From Aplysia californica (taxonomy: Eukaryota): a stretch of 63,871 nt of DNA. Position 1 is the first letter of the stretch. Each line of letters begins with the position of its first letter. Shown piece by piece: positions 50,110 to 63,693 of the stretch. The stretch is from positions 193,388-257,258 of the forward strand of contig NW_004797997.1 in the NCBI RefSeq assembly GCF_000002075.1, given 5' to 3'. Below the pieces are notes generated by a model that was not told the origin of the DNA, ran no database searches, and worked only from the letters and a program-made list of their open reading frames with translations. Both the position numbers and the translations under genes were made by a program.

Positions 50110-50383
50110 CAGTAAGGACGACAACAATGTTGGGGATGGTAGCCCGGTCTCCATTCACTGGGGTGAACATCTCTGTCCTCATGGCACGCAGGGCTCCGGC
50201 GGTGTTGGTGCTTCCAAATCGGAAAGGAATTCTGTCCACAGCCCTGAGGACATCTCTCTTTGTCTTGTACTGATTCAGCTGGAAGATCTGGAAGACCTCA
50301 GTGCTGTATAGTAAGACACCTACTCTCACATTTCCAGAGTCGATATCAGCCTTGCTCAGGAAATCCTTCACAAACAATCGTAC
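50110..50383 (-). CDS. VWA-e exon 2 (VRLFVKDFLSKADIDSGNVRVG...NIVVVLT)
   Basis: 274 nt, phase 0 to 1. Confidence 0.92.
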
Positions 50384-50781
50384 CTGTGAAATTAATTATC
50401 GAGTTTCATTACCCATTTCTCAAAAAAGCTTGCAGAAATCGAGATCTGTGGGCAGTAATAGTGACAAAAGCTTTAAAAAGTAACACTTCATTTTCGAATA
50501 CTTCGTTTAAACTCTTCAACAATTATTGCGAGTAATGCCATAACGATTGAGTAGAGCATGCCCAAACTGTACACTGTAACCACTAGCTTAATTAATTCAC
50601 ATCCTTGCATTTAGAGCATCAGATCACCTGTTTTGTATCACTGTTTGTGAAATAATCGTTAGCCTTTCAGCATTACATGCTAATTACAAGTACAATAGAT
50701 TTTCTCACTATAATCTCTTAAGTTAGAAAACTCTGTAATCATAACACAAACAGAAAAGCCACGCTGTACAGAAAGACAAAC

Positions 50782-50858
50782 CTTCCTGAAATTCTGCTCA
50801 GTGACGCTGGTGGAACTGTCAATGACCACGATAAGATCAGCCCTGCCCAGAGCACAAT
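50782..50858 (-). CDS. VWA-e exon 1 (DCALGRADLIVVIDSSTSVTEQNFRK)
   Basis: 77 nt, phase 1 to 0, MIDAS DSSTS. Confidence 0.9.
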
Positions 50859-51256
50859 CTGCGAGTACAAAGTAAAAAAGTACCCATAAGCCAAAAAGAC
50901 ATAATATAATATCTCTTGTTATTAACTCCAAGAACAGTAGTCACAGCTCGTACGCTGCCCACAGGTATGCCACATGTTATATCCCTAAAAAAGCAGCTGA
51001 GCTGTAAAAGTTCACAATTACCAGATCTAAATAAATTGTTTTTTAAAAGTGCATCATTTAAGAGTTTTTACCAATACATTGAACATTTAAGAATACTAAA
51101 AACTCTCTTTTGCCTGACCGGCAAAAGAAATAGTTTGACTAAACAGTAAGCCTTTCCTGCATTTCATCAGATACTTTACAACTAATACAGAACAAATAGT
51201 ACTAAAGAACACCAAATACCCAGCATTAATCGTTTTATAAGCACTTAAAAACATAC

Positions 51257-51307
51257 CTGACTTAGGTGGGGGCAGTGTAGTTTCTTCGACAAGAGGTGGT
51301 GGGGGCC
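51257..51307 (-). CDS. 51-nt Pro-rich linker exon (GPPPPLVEETTLPPPKS)
   Basis: Phase 1 to 1, AAG acceptor, donor GTATGT. Confidence 0.78.
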
Positions 51308-54023
51308 CTTTTAGTGAAAAAAGAAGTAAACTTTAAGAAAATATATCCAAAGTCACTTTTCCTCTAACACTGAAGTATCATTTAAAATGTATTATCGCTA
51401 AATTTGTTGAGGATATTTCTCTGATATTATCACGTCGGTGCATCTACTCAAAAACACAAAGAAATGTTGGCAACATCAGATAAGGAAAAATAAGCAACAA
51501 GCGATTCTGTTAATCGGATTGTCTTTGTCAACGTTTGCTTCAATTCTGCAATCAGGGCTTAGTATCTGTGAAACATGTTTTCATCTACTTACTAAAATGT
51601 AAAGGTATATTTTTTCTTAATTTGAGAGATTAATCAATGATGGAGATGATGTTGGCGGACATAATGATAATAAATTGGGTTTGAGAGGGATTGAAAAGGA
51701 GATGACAATAATTGCACAACATTTTAAAGGAGCTCAAATAATAACAACACAAGGAAAATGAATTAGCAACAGCAAACAAATATGAGAAAAAAATAAGAAA
51801 AGCCCATCAAATGATCTGGCAATATATCAATGACTGAATGAACTCTGAAAAGAAATTCAAGAAATGTCTAACTGAAATGACATGGGTGCAGGAAAACTAA
51901 AATGTAGCAAAAATGTCAAAGAAAATGTTCGTTTCTTATAGGTCACCTATTGAATAAGGCAATCATGAATTGGAAAAAGCATCATCTATTCGTATAAAAT
52001 GATTTATTTTCACATTTTACTCTAAATCTGTAACTAAATTTTGTACTATGCTTCATAGGAATAATATACAAGCAGCTTGAAATAAAATTTTAATGATTAA
52101 TATACAAACGCTACCAGTTAGAAATGAGAATAAAAATAAATGCATGTTTGTAATACGTATTATACATTTCTGGATATCAAGAACAGGACTTAAACTACAA
52201 AGAGTTGATATTATGTAGTTTTAAAGGCCAACAAATGTATCAATACATGTGCTTTGGCCGCTTTTCTTGCATAATATTGGTTATCCAATTCAACTATTCA
52301 ACTAAAAACAACTAAGAAGGGGTGAAATCATTAATATTTAAAGGCCCTCTCTCTATTTTACAAAAAATATGTGTAGTATCTATCACGAGGTACAACATAA
52401 CTGTATTAAAGAAATCTGCATTCTAGATATACTTTTAAAAATGTTATTCACTATGCAATACATCTTCCTTCTTTAGTTTTTGTACGACGTTTTAATGATT
52501 TCATCTGACTACTGATATTCACAGGTTTCTAATCACTTTCAGGCTCATCCTCTCCCTTCTTCTCTCATAGATTCATAAAAATACATCCACGTGAAAAGGT
52601 TGCAAGATATGAGTATCTAACACATTTTCAAAAACATTTTGAAAAATAAATTAGAGTCAGTCCAAAGAAAATCCCACCAGTCACAGTCACAGACAACAGT
52701 TCCAATTACATAATAGTTCTACTACAGAGATTGAAACCAAGAGATGTTTATTCATCGTTGTACCACAACAAAGACCAGGAAAAGACCAGGATACAAAAGG
52801 AACACTGAGACAATCAACGGTCGCGAGGATGCAGTTATTAAGCTGTTCTTTTTACTGTACATAGATCTAGATCTGTAATGTGTTTCTATGAAGCTGTCAT
52901 AAATTTCTATTTTAATCTTTTTAGGGGGGGGGGGGGAACTGTGACTAATAATATTACTACCTAACGAAATATTATCGTGAAATATAAAAAAGATGAACGG
53001 ATGTAAAATAACATCCAATACCTTTGTCCCTGATACTGAAAGAAAATGACAATGGTCTTATTTCACAATACATATGACAAACATCAAATGACACAAATAA
53101 TACATTACCCATGCCGGACACCTTAATGTTAAGACTAAAAAGAAAAGGTAACGGTTATTCATCCGGGAGACAATCTTGTTATGAATAAACACTGGAAAAG
53201 AAATGGATAAAATACAAGAACAAAAGCACGTACAAGCAAAACATTTTGATGATTTAGCGTATGACAGCAAAAATAAAAAGAAGTAATCGTTTCATTGTTA
53301 ACCTATAAAATAAATTAAATGTCACACAGTCTACACTTGTCAACTACAATATTAGATTTTCAACCTGAATTGGTGTTATCATTGTTAAGGTAGTACGGAT
53401 ATAGACCTTTTCCTCATTCATGCTTGTATTATACTACAATAAAACAATCAGGACTCCAACGGTTAGTAAACAATTGATGATTTATTTTCTTTCAAATGAA
53501 CTATATGTATAAAACAAAGAGTATATTTCCATTGTTATAATGTAATTCTATTGCATTGGACTGGTTACTTTCATAAATCCTAAGATGGATCGCTGTAAAC
53601 ATAAACTCTGAATTCCTCTTCAACTAAGGATACATTTGAATTCAAATTTAAATGAGGTAGGGGGATATTTGCTAATAACCAAGATTGTCATGTAGATAAA
53701 TATGGAGTTAAAAAAAAAGGGATCTTTAGAAATTATTAAAACAATTAATGAAAAATTATGTCATTAAAATGACCCTTCAGGCTTTAAAGTGGATAATATG
53801 GAGACTGTCCCCACGATCTGAGTCTACATGATTAGACTTGCAATGTATAATATAAAGCTCTAGTTTGGAAAAACCCTCCTAAAAAATTACAAAATTTCCA
53901 AGCCTGATAGACTGGCATGCAAAAAAGAGTGTCTGACACCATCCATTTCCTTAATTGAGATTACGTTTTGGAAAAAAAAAACACATCTATGACGCAATGA
54001 ATATAAGTTACATTAATACTTAC

Positions 54024-54590
54024 CTCCACAGAGGGCAGCAAACACATTGTGTCTCAGATCTCTCAGCTCAGAAAACTCCTGTACGGCAAATCTGTTCTCA
54101 TCAAGTGGTCTGCTAGCAATTCCATCCAACTCCCGTGTGTCTGTCAGGCCAATACCAATGGCATAGATGTGGATGTTGTCTGCACGAGCTTGTTCTGCTT
54201 CAGGAATGGTTCTTCTAGCATTGATGTTTGACACACCGTCTGTTACCACAATGGCAATGTTGTCTACGTTGGGACGGTCTCCATTGGCTCTTGTAAACAT
54301 TTCAGCTCTCATGGTTTTGAGGGCATCTGCAGTGTTGGTGCTGCCATATCGGTATGGGATATCATCAATGGCATTGTAAACATCAGCCTTAGTATTGTAG
54401 GTGTTCATTTGGAACTCAACATGATCTGCTGTACTGTAAATGATCACACCCACTCTAACATTGCCACCATCGATGTCAGCTTCATACAGGAAATCTTTTA
54501 TGAAGTCTTTCATCAGTTCAAAGTTGGGCTCAGTCACACTGGTGGAAGAGTCCAGGACAAACACCAAGTCAATCTTGGCTCCAGCACAAC
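54024..54590 (-). CDS. VWA-d: complete single-exon VWA domain (CAGAKIDLVFVLDSSTS...FAALCG)
   Basis: 567 nt (189 codons), phase 1 to 1, intact MIDAS, flanking Cys pair. Confidence 0.95.
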
Positions 54591-54946
54591 CTGTTGGCAA
54601 AGAATGAGATCCATGAGCACTCACTCAATATGAGCAAAGAGTAAGTGTAAAAAGACAAATATCTTTAAAAGTACAACAATTTGGTTTGCATCAATGCATT
54701 AAACTGTAAATTGTGGGACGGAGTTACAGGTTTTTCGTTTCTGCCTGTTTTTTCTTCTGAAACTGCAGAAACCACGGGCCTTACCAGGGGGCACAATTTA
54801 TACGTTTTGTCCAGTGTGACCTTTAGGCATATCAGCCCCCATGCAGCCTTCTATGACCTAATGGATTTCAACTTCACCTAATATTACATAATGACCATCT
54901 GCCTGTCGCTAGTAAAATGACACAAGCCTCCTGAGGCATCAAGACG

Positions 54947-55026
54947 TCTTCTAGCATTAATGTTTGACAAACCGTTTGTTACCACAATAGCAATGTTGTC
55001 TACATTAAGACAGTCTCTACTGACTC
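54947..55026 (-). pseudogene. Degenerate intronic fragment of the VWA repeat exon
   Basis: tcttctagcattaatgtttgacaaaccgtttgttaccacaatagcaatgttgtctac... aligns without gaps to 54211-54290. No splice sites. Confidence 0.75.
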
Positions 55027-55833
55027 CATTTATCCTTGACTAGTTCACTGGTTCTAAAGCTGTGTGGCTCATCCAGTAAGGAACGAATTGATGTTTTGCT
55101 CGTGCTAGTTAGGTAGAAGATTGCACGGACGTCTGCACACTAAATATATAAGGCCAACATAATTTGGACCCTTGACACCCATTGGAATCACAGTGACATC
55201 TCTTCGTTATTTTGGGGCAAAACCCAAAAGTGGCCCTAAATGAAGTCGTTTTCTTGGGTACCATGACCGAGAGAAATTGCACCATGCTGGAAATCCGTAT
55301 TGAGACAATGTTGAGTTTGTCTCATGAACTATTCAAAGCACACATTCAAAGATTGCACGGCTTTTTTTAATAGAAGAAAAGGGGGTGGGGGTGGGGGGGG
55401 GGTGGTGTTGGAGTTCTATTTGTGTGCTTGTCTTTTAAAAAAAAAAGGATAAAGAGGCAGGAGCAGTACTTTAAATATGTTATTATGGAACTAATTTTTC
55501 GCCATGGAAATTGTCAACAGGGGTGATGTATTATACACCTGCACCATACTCATAAAAAGTAATCTTCTATGTGTGCATTTTTATGCTGATCAACAATCAA
55601 ATAAGGACATTAATAGAATTATGTGCAATCATGTTGTCTGAGAAATCAGTATTGCCCGAGTGAAATACAAGAATCTAAGGGACCTTTTGGTTTGAATAAC
55701 AGACGAAAATGAAAAGCATCCGTAACATTCACAGTGTACCTATCATTCTCAGAACAAAATTCAACACAAAATGACGTAACACAATGAAAACGGTTAGGAC
55801 TTAATATTTTTAGCATCAAGTAATTTTACTTAC

Positions 55834-55860
55834 TGGCTTTTGTGGGTGCTGGTGTAGAAG
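55834..55860 (-). CDS. 27-nt linker micro-exon (ASTPAPTKA)
   Basis: ttttcag acceptor, GTAAGT donor, phase 1 to 1. Paralogous to 62852. Confidence 0.85.
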
Positions 55861-56254
55861 CTGAAAAAAAGAAACAAAAGGTTACTAAGACTTATGAACA
55901 AACGAAACAAACTTAAAATCCTAATAACACGCTTGTCTTTATCAAAATAAAATAACAAGACAAGTAGATAACTAGCTGAAATTGAAAAGAACGGACCTTT
56001 GCCTTTGAGGCATGTGCTCTGCCCCCTACCCCCAAGCAAAGATCGTATACTGTTAGGTTTACAAGTAAAAGCAGCACACTGGCATGAGTGCTCTAACGTC
56101 CACCGAGTCCAGTAACATAACACAGTGTTTGAATGAGAAATTCCTATTTAACAAAATATAGTCACTTTAAATGTCAAGAAATAATCTTATCTTATTCATT
56201 ATTCAAATAAAAATATGTAATTAAATTCCAGCAGCAAGATAACTGCATGTTTAC

Positions 56255-56832
56255 CTCCACAGAGTGCAGCAAACACATTGTGTCTCAGATCTCGCAGTTC
56301 AGAAAACTCTTGTACTGCAAATCTGTTCTCATCAAGTGGCTTGCTAGCAATTCCATCCAACTCCCGTGTGTCTGTCAGGCCAATACCAATGGCATAGATG
56401 TGAATGTTGTCTGCACGAGCTTGTTCTGCTTCAGGAATGGTNNNNNNNNNNNNNNNNNNNNNNNNNNNNNNNNNNNNNNNNNNNNNNNNNNNNNNNNNNN
56501 NNNNNNNNNNNNNNNNNNNNNNNNNNNNNNNNNNNNNNNNNTTTCAGCTCTCATGGTTTTGAGGGCATCTGCAGTGTTGGTGCTGCCATATCGGTATGGG
56601 ATATCATCAATGGCATTGTAAACATCAGCCTTAGTATTGTAGGTGTTCATTTGGAACTCAACATGATCTGCTGTACTGTAAATGATCACACCCACTCTAG
56701 CATTACCGCCATCAATGTCAGCTTCATAAAGGAAATCTTTTACAAAATCTTTCATCAGTTCAAAGTTGGGCTCAGTCACACTGGTGGAAGCGTCCAAGAC
56801 AAACACCAAGTCAATCTTGGCTCCAGCGCAGC
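56255..56832 (-). CDS. VWA-c: single-exon VWA repeat interrupted by a 100-N placeholder gap
   Basis: Near-identical to VWA-d. The gap 56442-56541 stands in for 89 nt by homology. Confidence 0.9.
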
Positions 56833-57639
56833 CTGCAAACAAGAAAAAATTCGCAGTACAATTATTCAGCCAGTAAACTGGAAGTAAGCGTCAAATAAAC
56901 CATGACACAAGTTGGACGCAAACCGAGAGGCTTAATCATACAACTAATGCAAACCAGCATATTTTAAGAGTACCCGGAACCCAAAAAAAAAATTAGGAAC
57001 ATAATTTATTTATCATTTTATTCTATCAGTTTTGCCAGGTGTGTGATATTTTTTATGCACTTGTATTTAGGTGTAACATGGCCTTGCCGTTTGCAAACGA
57101 ATCCACTTTAAATCAGCAGGTCAAGCCATGAGTCTTGGATCTTCTATGTTCACAAGCTCGCATAAAGTGCAACTAATAACAGTCTGGCAATGAGAATATA
57201 ATTTTCTCTATTACCTTTTATGAGGATTTGTAAAATATGTCAGAGTCTGCGTCCGGAGAAAAGTTCATAAAACAGCTGAGTAATCTGCCGTAGTTTTTCG
57301 AGATCTGTTATAAATCAGTTGACAACTTTACTCTTCAACATTTTTAACTTTACACCTCATATGAAAGGCAATATCTTGATTACTACTTAACGAATCTGTC
57401 TGAAAATTTAAGATAATACAGTGCATTGATTTTACAGCAAGGGAAACACGTGGGTGCAAAGTTGAGAATGTTATTAATCTTCATTGTTGAACTTATAGCT
57501 GTCAATGAAAAGTGACAACTTTCAACAACATGTGATGACATCTGGCGTTGTCAAATCTTCACATCATCGGCTAGTGGACGGATTGAATTGAGGTATAGTC
57601 TTTTGAGAGACAATATTCCACTCTTCAATTAAGGCTTAA

Positions 57640-58302
57640 TCTAAGTGGTGTTGCATGAATGTCGCGATCTAAAATGTCCCGCAACTGCTCACTTGGATTG
57701 GAATTTGGTGAATGCGCTGGTCATGGGTGCAGGAGAGGATTGTTGTTAGTATTGAGAAATTGATTTGCTCAGCAGTCTTATGAGCAGGTGCATTATCCTG
57801 CATGAATGCTTGTCCATCGGTTAGATTTTGAAAGGAAAGTACATTGGGTTCGAGAATTTGAGTGATTTACCCTTGACAATCACACACAACGCTGTGTCCA
57901 GTGAAGTCTGTGCTGGATGTGATGGGGCTTCAGTTTCATGCGGCAAACTAGGCCATTTAGCACGAAGGTTCCTATGTTTCAAACGAAGAAAAAGTCATGA
58001 CAAAGAATGGACTGCCATTTCTAAGCCCTTTCGACTCATCCTGGGTCTTTGTTTGCTGGTTTAAATTGATTTCTCAAGCTTTGCGTTAGGATGAATGAGT
58101 CCACCCTCCGTTTTATTTTTCTGTGTTCTACTCGCTTGGGACTGTCCTTTTGAGAGCCTGTTGTTGCCATGTGATCCCGTGTAGTGTGGCATACACAGTG
58201 TGTCTGTTCACGTTGAACCTTCTCACGACTGACGGAAGCGGAGTGGCCACCAGAAGCATTTCAATGATGTGATTTCTTTCTGATTCATTCAGCCGAAGCA
58301 TG
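57640..58302 (-). mobile_element. Degraded Tc1-family transposase relic
   Basis: N-terminal HTH-like MLRLNESERNHIIEML..VVRRFNVNRHTV. Catalytic motifs FMQDNAPAH (57780-57806) and *PAHSPNSNPSEQLRDIL (decayed WPxxSPDLNPIE). Confidence 0.8.
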
Positions 58303-58933
58303 GTGAATCGAAAAAGAGAACACCTTTTTAAGTGGCGAAAAACTTGGAAGGAGTCCAACTTTGCGTGATTAGTTTTTGTTTTCAAGGTTACCCGCACATT
58401 TTCGCAGTATTTGACAAAGTATTAAAACCACGTAAATGACATCGTCAGACAAACATCATGATAGACCAGTGCACCCTAGTGAGTTCAGTTCACAAGCGAC
58501 AATGAGCTTACGTAACATGTAAACATTTCAAAGTAATTTGAAGTTTTTGAGCTACACGCTTTTAAAATGTGTGAAGTTAAAAATGTTAATGAGTATATAA
58601 ACGTTTGGATTTTTGATATCTGAATTTTTCATAATTTGGCAAAACGCAAATTGCATACAATTATCCAATTCTCCTTAAATGAAGAGTATTTGCTTTTAAT
58701 ATAATAATCTAAAACATTTTATGACACCAGTTAAGCTACATTTCAAACAGAAATTACTTTTAATGAGATGTTCCTAAAATTAAGTAATCAATAATGATCT
58801 CATAGTTATATCTTAAGAAGAACAGACATTTATTCATGCAAAAAGGTTTACCAGTATTAGTTAAGAACCATAGCCTCATGTTAATTTATTTTAAAGCAAA
58901 AATCAGGGAGGAATACTTAGAATTTTTACTTAC

Positions 58934-58993
58934 TGATTTTCGCAGGTGTTGGAGGGGGAGTTGGTGCACGAGTTGTTGGTGCTGGAGTAGAAA
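58934..58993 (-). CDS. 60-nt linker exon (VSTPAPTTRAPTPPPTPAKI)
   Basis: ttttcag acceptor, GTAAGT donor, phase 1 to 1. Confidence 0.87.
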
Positions 58994-61368
58994 CTGAAAA
59001 AGGGAATATTGTTAGTTCGGTAAATTTGTTCAGCATGATAATATCATGGTAGATCTGTTTGATCATTGTCTTGTTCCTGATAATTTTTTATAATCATTAG
59101 GCAAATGCAATGCACAACTCGCTTTTATTTCATATTGAATTGGTAATTTATTATTTTCATTTCAAAAGCTGTATAACTGTAATTTTCCTAGAAATCAAGT
59201 TCGATTCTTTCTTTATTCACCTTTACATATGGCATGCTATAAGAAAGTAACTTGAAATAAAAATACTCTATAGGAAACATATTTAAACACTACAAGGAAA
59301 AAATGTTTTCTATTCTAAAAAGTCAAACTCAACAGGCCAGCCCACAATTTTTTCAAACTCAAAGTGCATTTGTGTGGGGATGTATAAGCCTGTTCAAATG
59401 GAGTAAGCACACCTGACTGTGAAATATATAAGCAAATGCGTCTCACTATTGCAAAAATTGTGCATGTAATGTATTACAAAGCCCATATTATTTATTAAAG
59501 GTAATATTTAAGGAAAAGTCTTTATAAAAGGGTAGCCTGAATAACCGGCTACGTAAAGCCTTCCTTTAACATAAAATGAAGGGGCATACATGAATGAACT
59601 GTTTCAATTGCGTCATTTAACAGTTTACTACCTTGAATAACTACAGTTAACATTAAAATTGTCACTCTTATCTTAACAATTACAGATTATTTCGAGGTAA
59701 AAATTATCATCTGTATCACCATTGTTAAAAAATTAAGAAATTTTCAGCACTCAGCAACCAAGAACACATAAAAAAGAGAGAGTGTACACAACAACACCTT
59801 TGTTAAAACAATAGTTCGACTTCATGCGGTAAAAGTACTTTACATGTGGGTAAAACAACATATCTTAAAAAACCCCCCCAACAACACATTTTTCTTTTCA
59901 ACAGATATTATAAGTATTTGCAGAATATAAACTATGTTTCTTTGTGTCATTTATGTAAATATATAAGTCGTTGCAACAAGAAAAACTGAAAGCGTTATAT
60001 CCTCACTGGCCTCACATAAAAAGAAGACACAAATCGACATGATGTAAATATTTCTTTGGACTATCCTTCAACGGCACAGAAACCAACAAACAGTTCTCCG
60101 TATCGATGATTATGTAAAATGCAGTATTTACATTGCATTCTATATATAGAGTTCCTTAAATTGTACAAGTAAGGGCAGTTAAAAATATACGAATAGTTAC
60201 AATGGCATAATGGAAGGAAAATGCTCCAGAGTAGGCCTACAGGGTGTATGAATATAAAACATAAATAATAATGACCTCTCCAGACTAAATTCCAATCTTT
60301 GGGAAATGTTATGCCGTTAATTATAACAACACTCCATTTTATTATGCAACCTCGTTTGCAGTTTTGACTTTTGTTTTTTCAAAGTGTATGGAGTAGCCCC
60401 TTTGCTGAACCAATATTTAGGTCAATACATTTTAAGTATATTTAAATGTTCACTCATTCCTTCAAGTCAGAGAGAATTAGATTACTTTTCTTTCTGTCCT
60501 TATCAAATGCTCTACTAATATCAGACACAAGTGGATTATGACGAGAAATGTAATCAAAATAGACTACAAACTCAAAAAGGAAAACATTTTTCATGACAGC
60601 AGAATAGAAATTGATGATCTAAAACAATCAGAATTTGGAGCAAAATGAAAACGTTTTGAATTTCCAAATAATATTATTATGCTCCTAACTGTCGTTAATA
60701 ACCTCGTACCAAGCCTATATTTGTGTACTTTCAAGAAAGGCCCTCTTGTGTTTTGTAAAAGGGATATAAAACCTCTCTTACTCAGGATCTCTATTCAGAA
60801 GAGAATTTTTCACATGCACCTTGAAATCGACATCTGTTCCGCTGTGAGACGAAAGGATTCAGAATATCATGCAAAATGCAAACAATATTCACTGTAAGTT
60901 GGGTTCTTCAGGGGGAATTAAAAATAATCAACGTGTACTTCGGATATTTTGAACGAGTTGAACATCATACTCAAGACAAAGAAGGGAGAGGGGAGGAGTG
61001 GATTTAAACTTGGGAGTATTAGCTTCAGTAGAAAGACAAAAGAAAAAAACGTGAGAAAAGAAGAGACTGGACACATACCAAAGTAATCTGAGCACAGAAG
61101 TGTGCAAAGTTGGTTATTATCCAAAAGAGACGATATCTTTTAATATTTAAAACTCAATAACACAGTAATGCAAGACAAGATACCATACTACATTTAAATG
61201 AGAAATCTATTTTGGTTTTAAAAACATTTCCCAAGATATGAGCGTTTTTGTTTTCTTTTTAAGGGGGGNNNNNNNNNNNNNNNNNNNNNNNNNNNNNNNN
61301 NNNNNNNNNNNNNNNNNNNNNNNNNNNNNNNNNNNNNNNNNNNNNNNNNNNNNNNNNNNNNNNNNNNN

Positions 61369-61741
61369 GCATTGATGTTTGACACACCGTCTGTTACCAC
61401 AATGGCAATGTTGTCTACATTGGGACGGTCTCCATTGGCTCTTGTAAACATTTCGGCCCTCATGGTTTGAAGGGCGTCTGCAGTGTTGGTGCTGCCATAG
61501 CGGTATGGGATATTATCTACTGCATTAAATACATCAGCCTTTGTTCTGTAGGTGTTCATTTGGAACTCAACATGATCTTCTGTACTATAGATAATCACAC
61601 CCACCCTCACACTACCGCCATCAATGTCAGCTTCATACAGGAAATCTTTCACAAAGTCTTTCATTAATTCAAAATTGGGCTCAGTCACACTGGTGGAAGC
61701 ATCCAGGACAAAAACCAAATCAATCTTTGCCCCAGCACAAC
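61369..61741 (-). CDS. VWA-b: single-exon VWA repeat, 3' third lost in an assembly gap
   Basis: CAGAKIDLVFVLDASTS...TDGVSNIN, then the N gap 61269-61368. Confidence 0.9.
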
Positions 61742-62851
61742 CTGCAAAAATTGGATGAAAAGGACTTCCCTATTTATCAGCGGTTAAAATAAAGTTAACA
61801 TTCGAGAAGCATTGCTATATCAATCTAATCTAGGGACATGGGTGCTGGAAAAAACAGTTATGTAAAAGCAATTTTAAAGCAAATTGTAAGTTATAAGTGA
61901 TGTGAGAAACGTGTTGCTTAAACCAAGGCGAAGCCTAGAGGACACACGCATTCTTAGGGTCTATAACGGACACTGTGCAATTCTGGATGTTTCATATTTC
62001 ACCAAGTTCTTTTAAAAGTCAGACCTTTGGAAACATTTTAGGGTCTGGGAGAAGTCCAGACGTTTCCAACATGAATGCTCCTTTCCACTCATAAAGAGCT
62101 TCCTGTATACAAGAAACGTTCACTATAGAGCCATAAGGCAGTCTCAAGTGAAGTCTCTGTAACACATTTAGAGACTGTTTACTACGTCACGTAGAAACAA
62201 TTAGATGGGAAAAGGGGAGGCATTCTGATCTTTCTTTTAAAAAAGAAGTAAAGCATAAAACACTTCATATATACAGTGGAAGTCCTGAAAGTAGAGGTTT
62301 TCCATTCAGACTAGGAAATCTATTTATACTGACCAAAGTAGTTCTAAAACAAAAGAAAACTGTTTTATTATCTAGTTTGGAGACTTTTATGACATAAACA
62401 AGAACGCCGTGGAGTCATAGAGAAGAGCGAGAAATTGGGTTTGAAGCACTGCTATGATTACAAAAGATGACGGTGACAGCGCCAACAGATGTATTGGTGT
62501 TGATCACGACTTTTTCAGTTAAAAAACGATTCCTGTTTCCATAGGTGTTTAAACTAATCAAACTCATGCTTGGTAAAAAAAAGTGAGATATTAGACATAA
62601 CTTCTATACTAAGCTTATAATATTATTTATTGTGCAGGGTGAAAAGCAGAGCTTGTCATGTGAATGTGATAGCATGAAGCGGTGGATGTAGTTGGTATGA
62701 GCAATTTTATAGCGTGTTGAGAAAGTAAAAATACATGCATGAAATGAATTAATAGTACTTCAAAAGAAGTCCGATCTTTTAGAGATTTCGATCTAAATCA
62801 AACCTTTGTGCAAGGAACAGGTGAGAAAATACCCAATAGGTTTTTACTTAC

Positions 62852-62878
62852 TGACTTTTGTCGGGGCTGGTGTGGAAA
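62852..62878 (-). CDS. 27-nt linker micro-exon (VSTPAPTKV)
   Basis: CAG acceptor, GTAAGT donor, phase 1 to 1. Confidence 0.85.
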
Positions 62879-63693
62879 CTGTTTAAAAAGAAAGTAAAGA
62901 GCAAAAATTACATGATTTGTTCAATGTTGAAAAGAACACAATAGGAGACACGTTTGAAAGAAAAACAGTCAAACGGAACGAAAAGTAGAACACTATATTA
63001 AATTCCAAATAACACTGGAAGGGAAGAGGATGTAGAATACGAAAACATAACTATGCCAACAAAGAGTGTTTTAAAACACCAACACATTAAAAAAAAATAA
63101 AGTTGTACAGGGAACATAACAATTTTAAGATTATAATCATTCAACACAGAATAGAATTTACTATCTCAAGTTATTATTGAAATTTCGTTCAGCACTTTAT
63201 AATGTAAAAAGCAAGGACATTCATCTTTCTTTTCAGGAATTATTTTAAAAATGGATGCTAAATTTGAATAAGCTTGTCTCGTCACCGTAGCTCATTTCTG
63301 GACTGTTAACTGTGTAAGAAGGAACATACAAACTTGAGCGAAGTGCTTTACAAAATGTGACTACTCTCCCATGACCTTCTTATACATCGGATTCTCTATT
63401 CTCTTTCCCTTGAATTTTAATGCATCTGACGTTCACCGTGAAGTTAGACGTGCAATTGTTGCCCTCCCAAATTCCCATGTCCCAACTTAATTGTGTAACT
63501 AGGTATACATGACTACTCATTCCATCATTAAGCTTTATCGTAACACTTGCAAGACGTGTTTCAACGTTGGTCTATCTGAAGAGTAAAGGTAACAGAACAG
63601 CAAACTAACCTGTGTCAAAAGTTAAAAGAATCAAGTTTTCTATGCCCTTAAGACTCAGAGAAGAACAATGACATTAATAGTTTATTAAATTAC

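Noticed and set aside
54049-54633. Plus-strand ORFs antisense to VWA exons (also 11415-11717, 24696-24959, 27620-27823)
   Set aside because: Shadow frames of real minus-strand exons.
56442-56541. Frameshift or pseudogenisation of VWA-c, and truncation of VWA-b at 61269-61368
   Set aside because: Both are 100-N placeholder gaps. Homology to VWA-d implies 89 nt and about 195 nt of missing exon.
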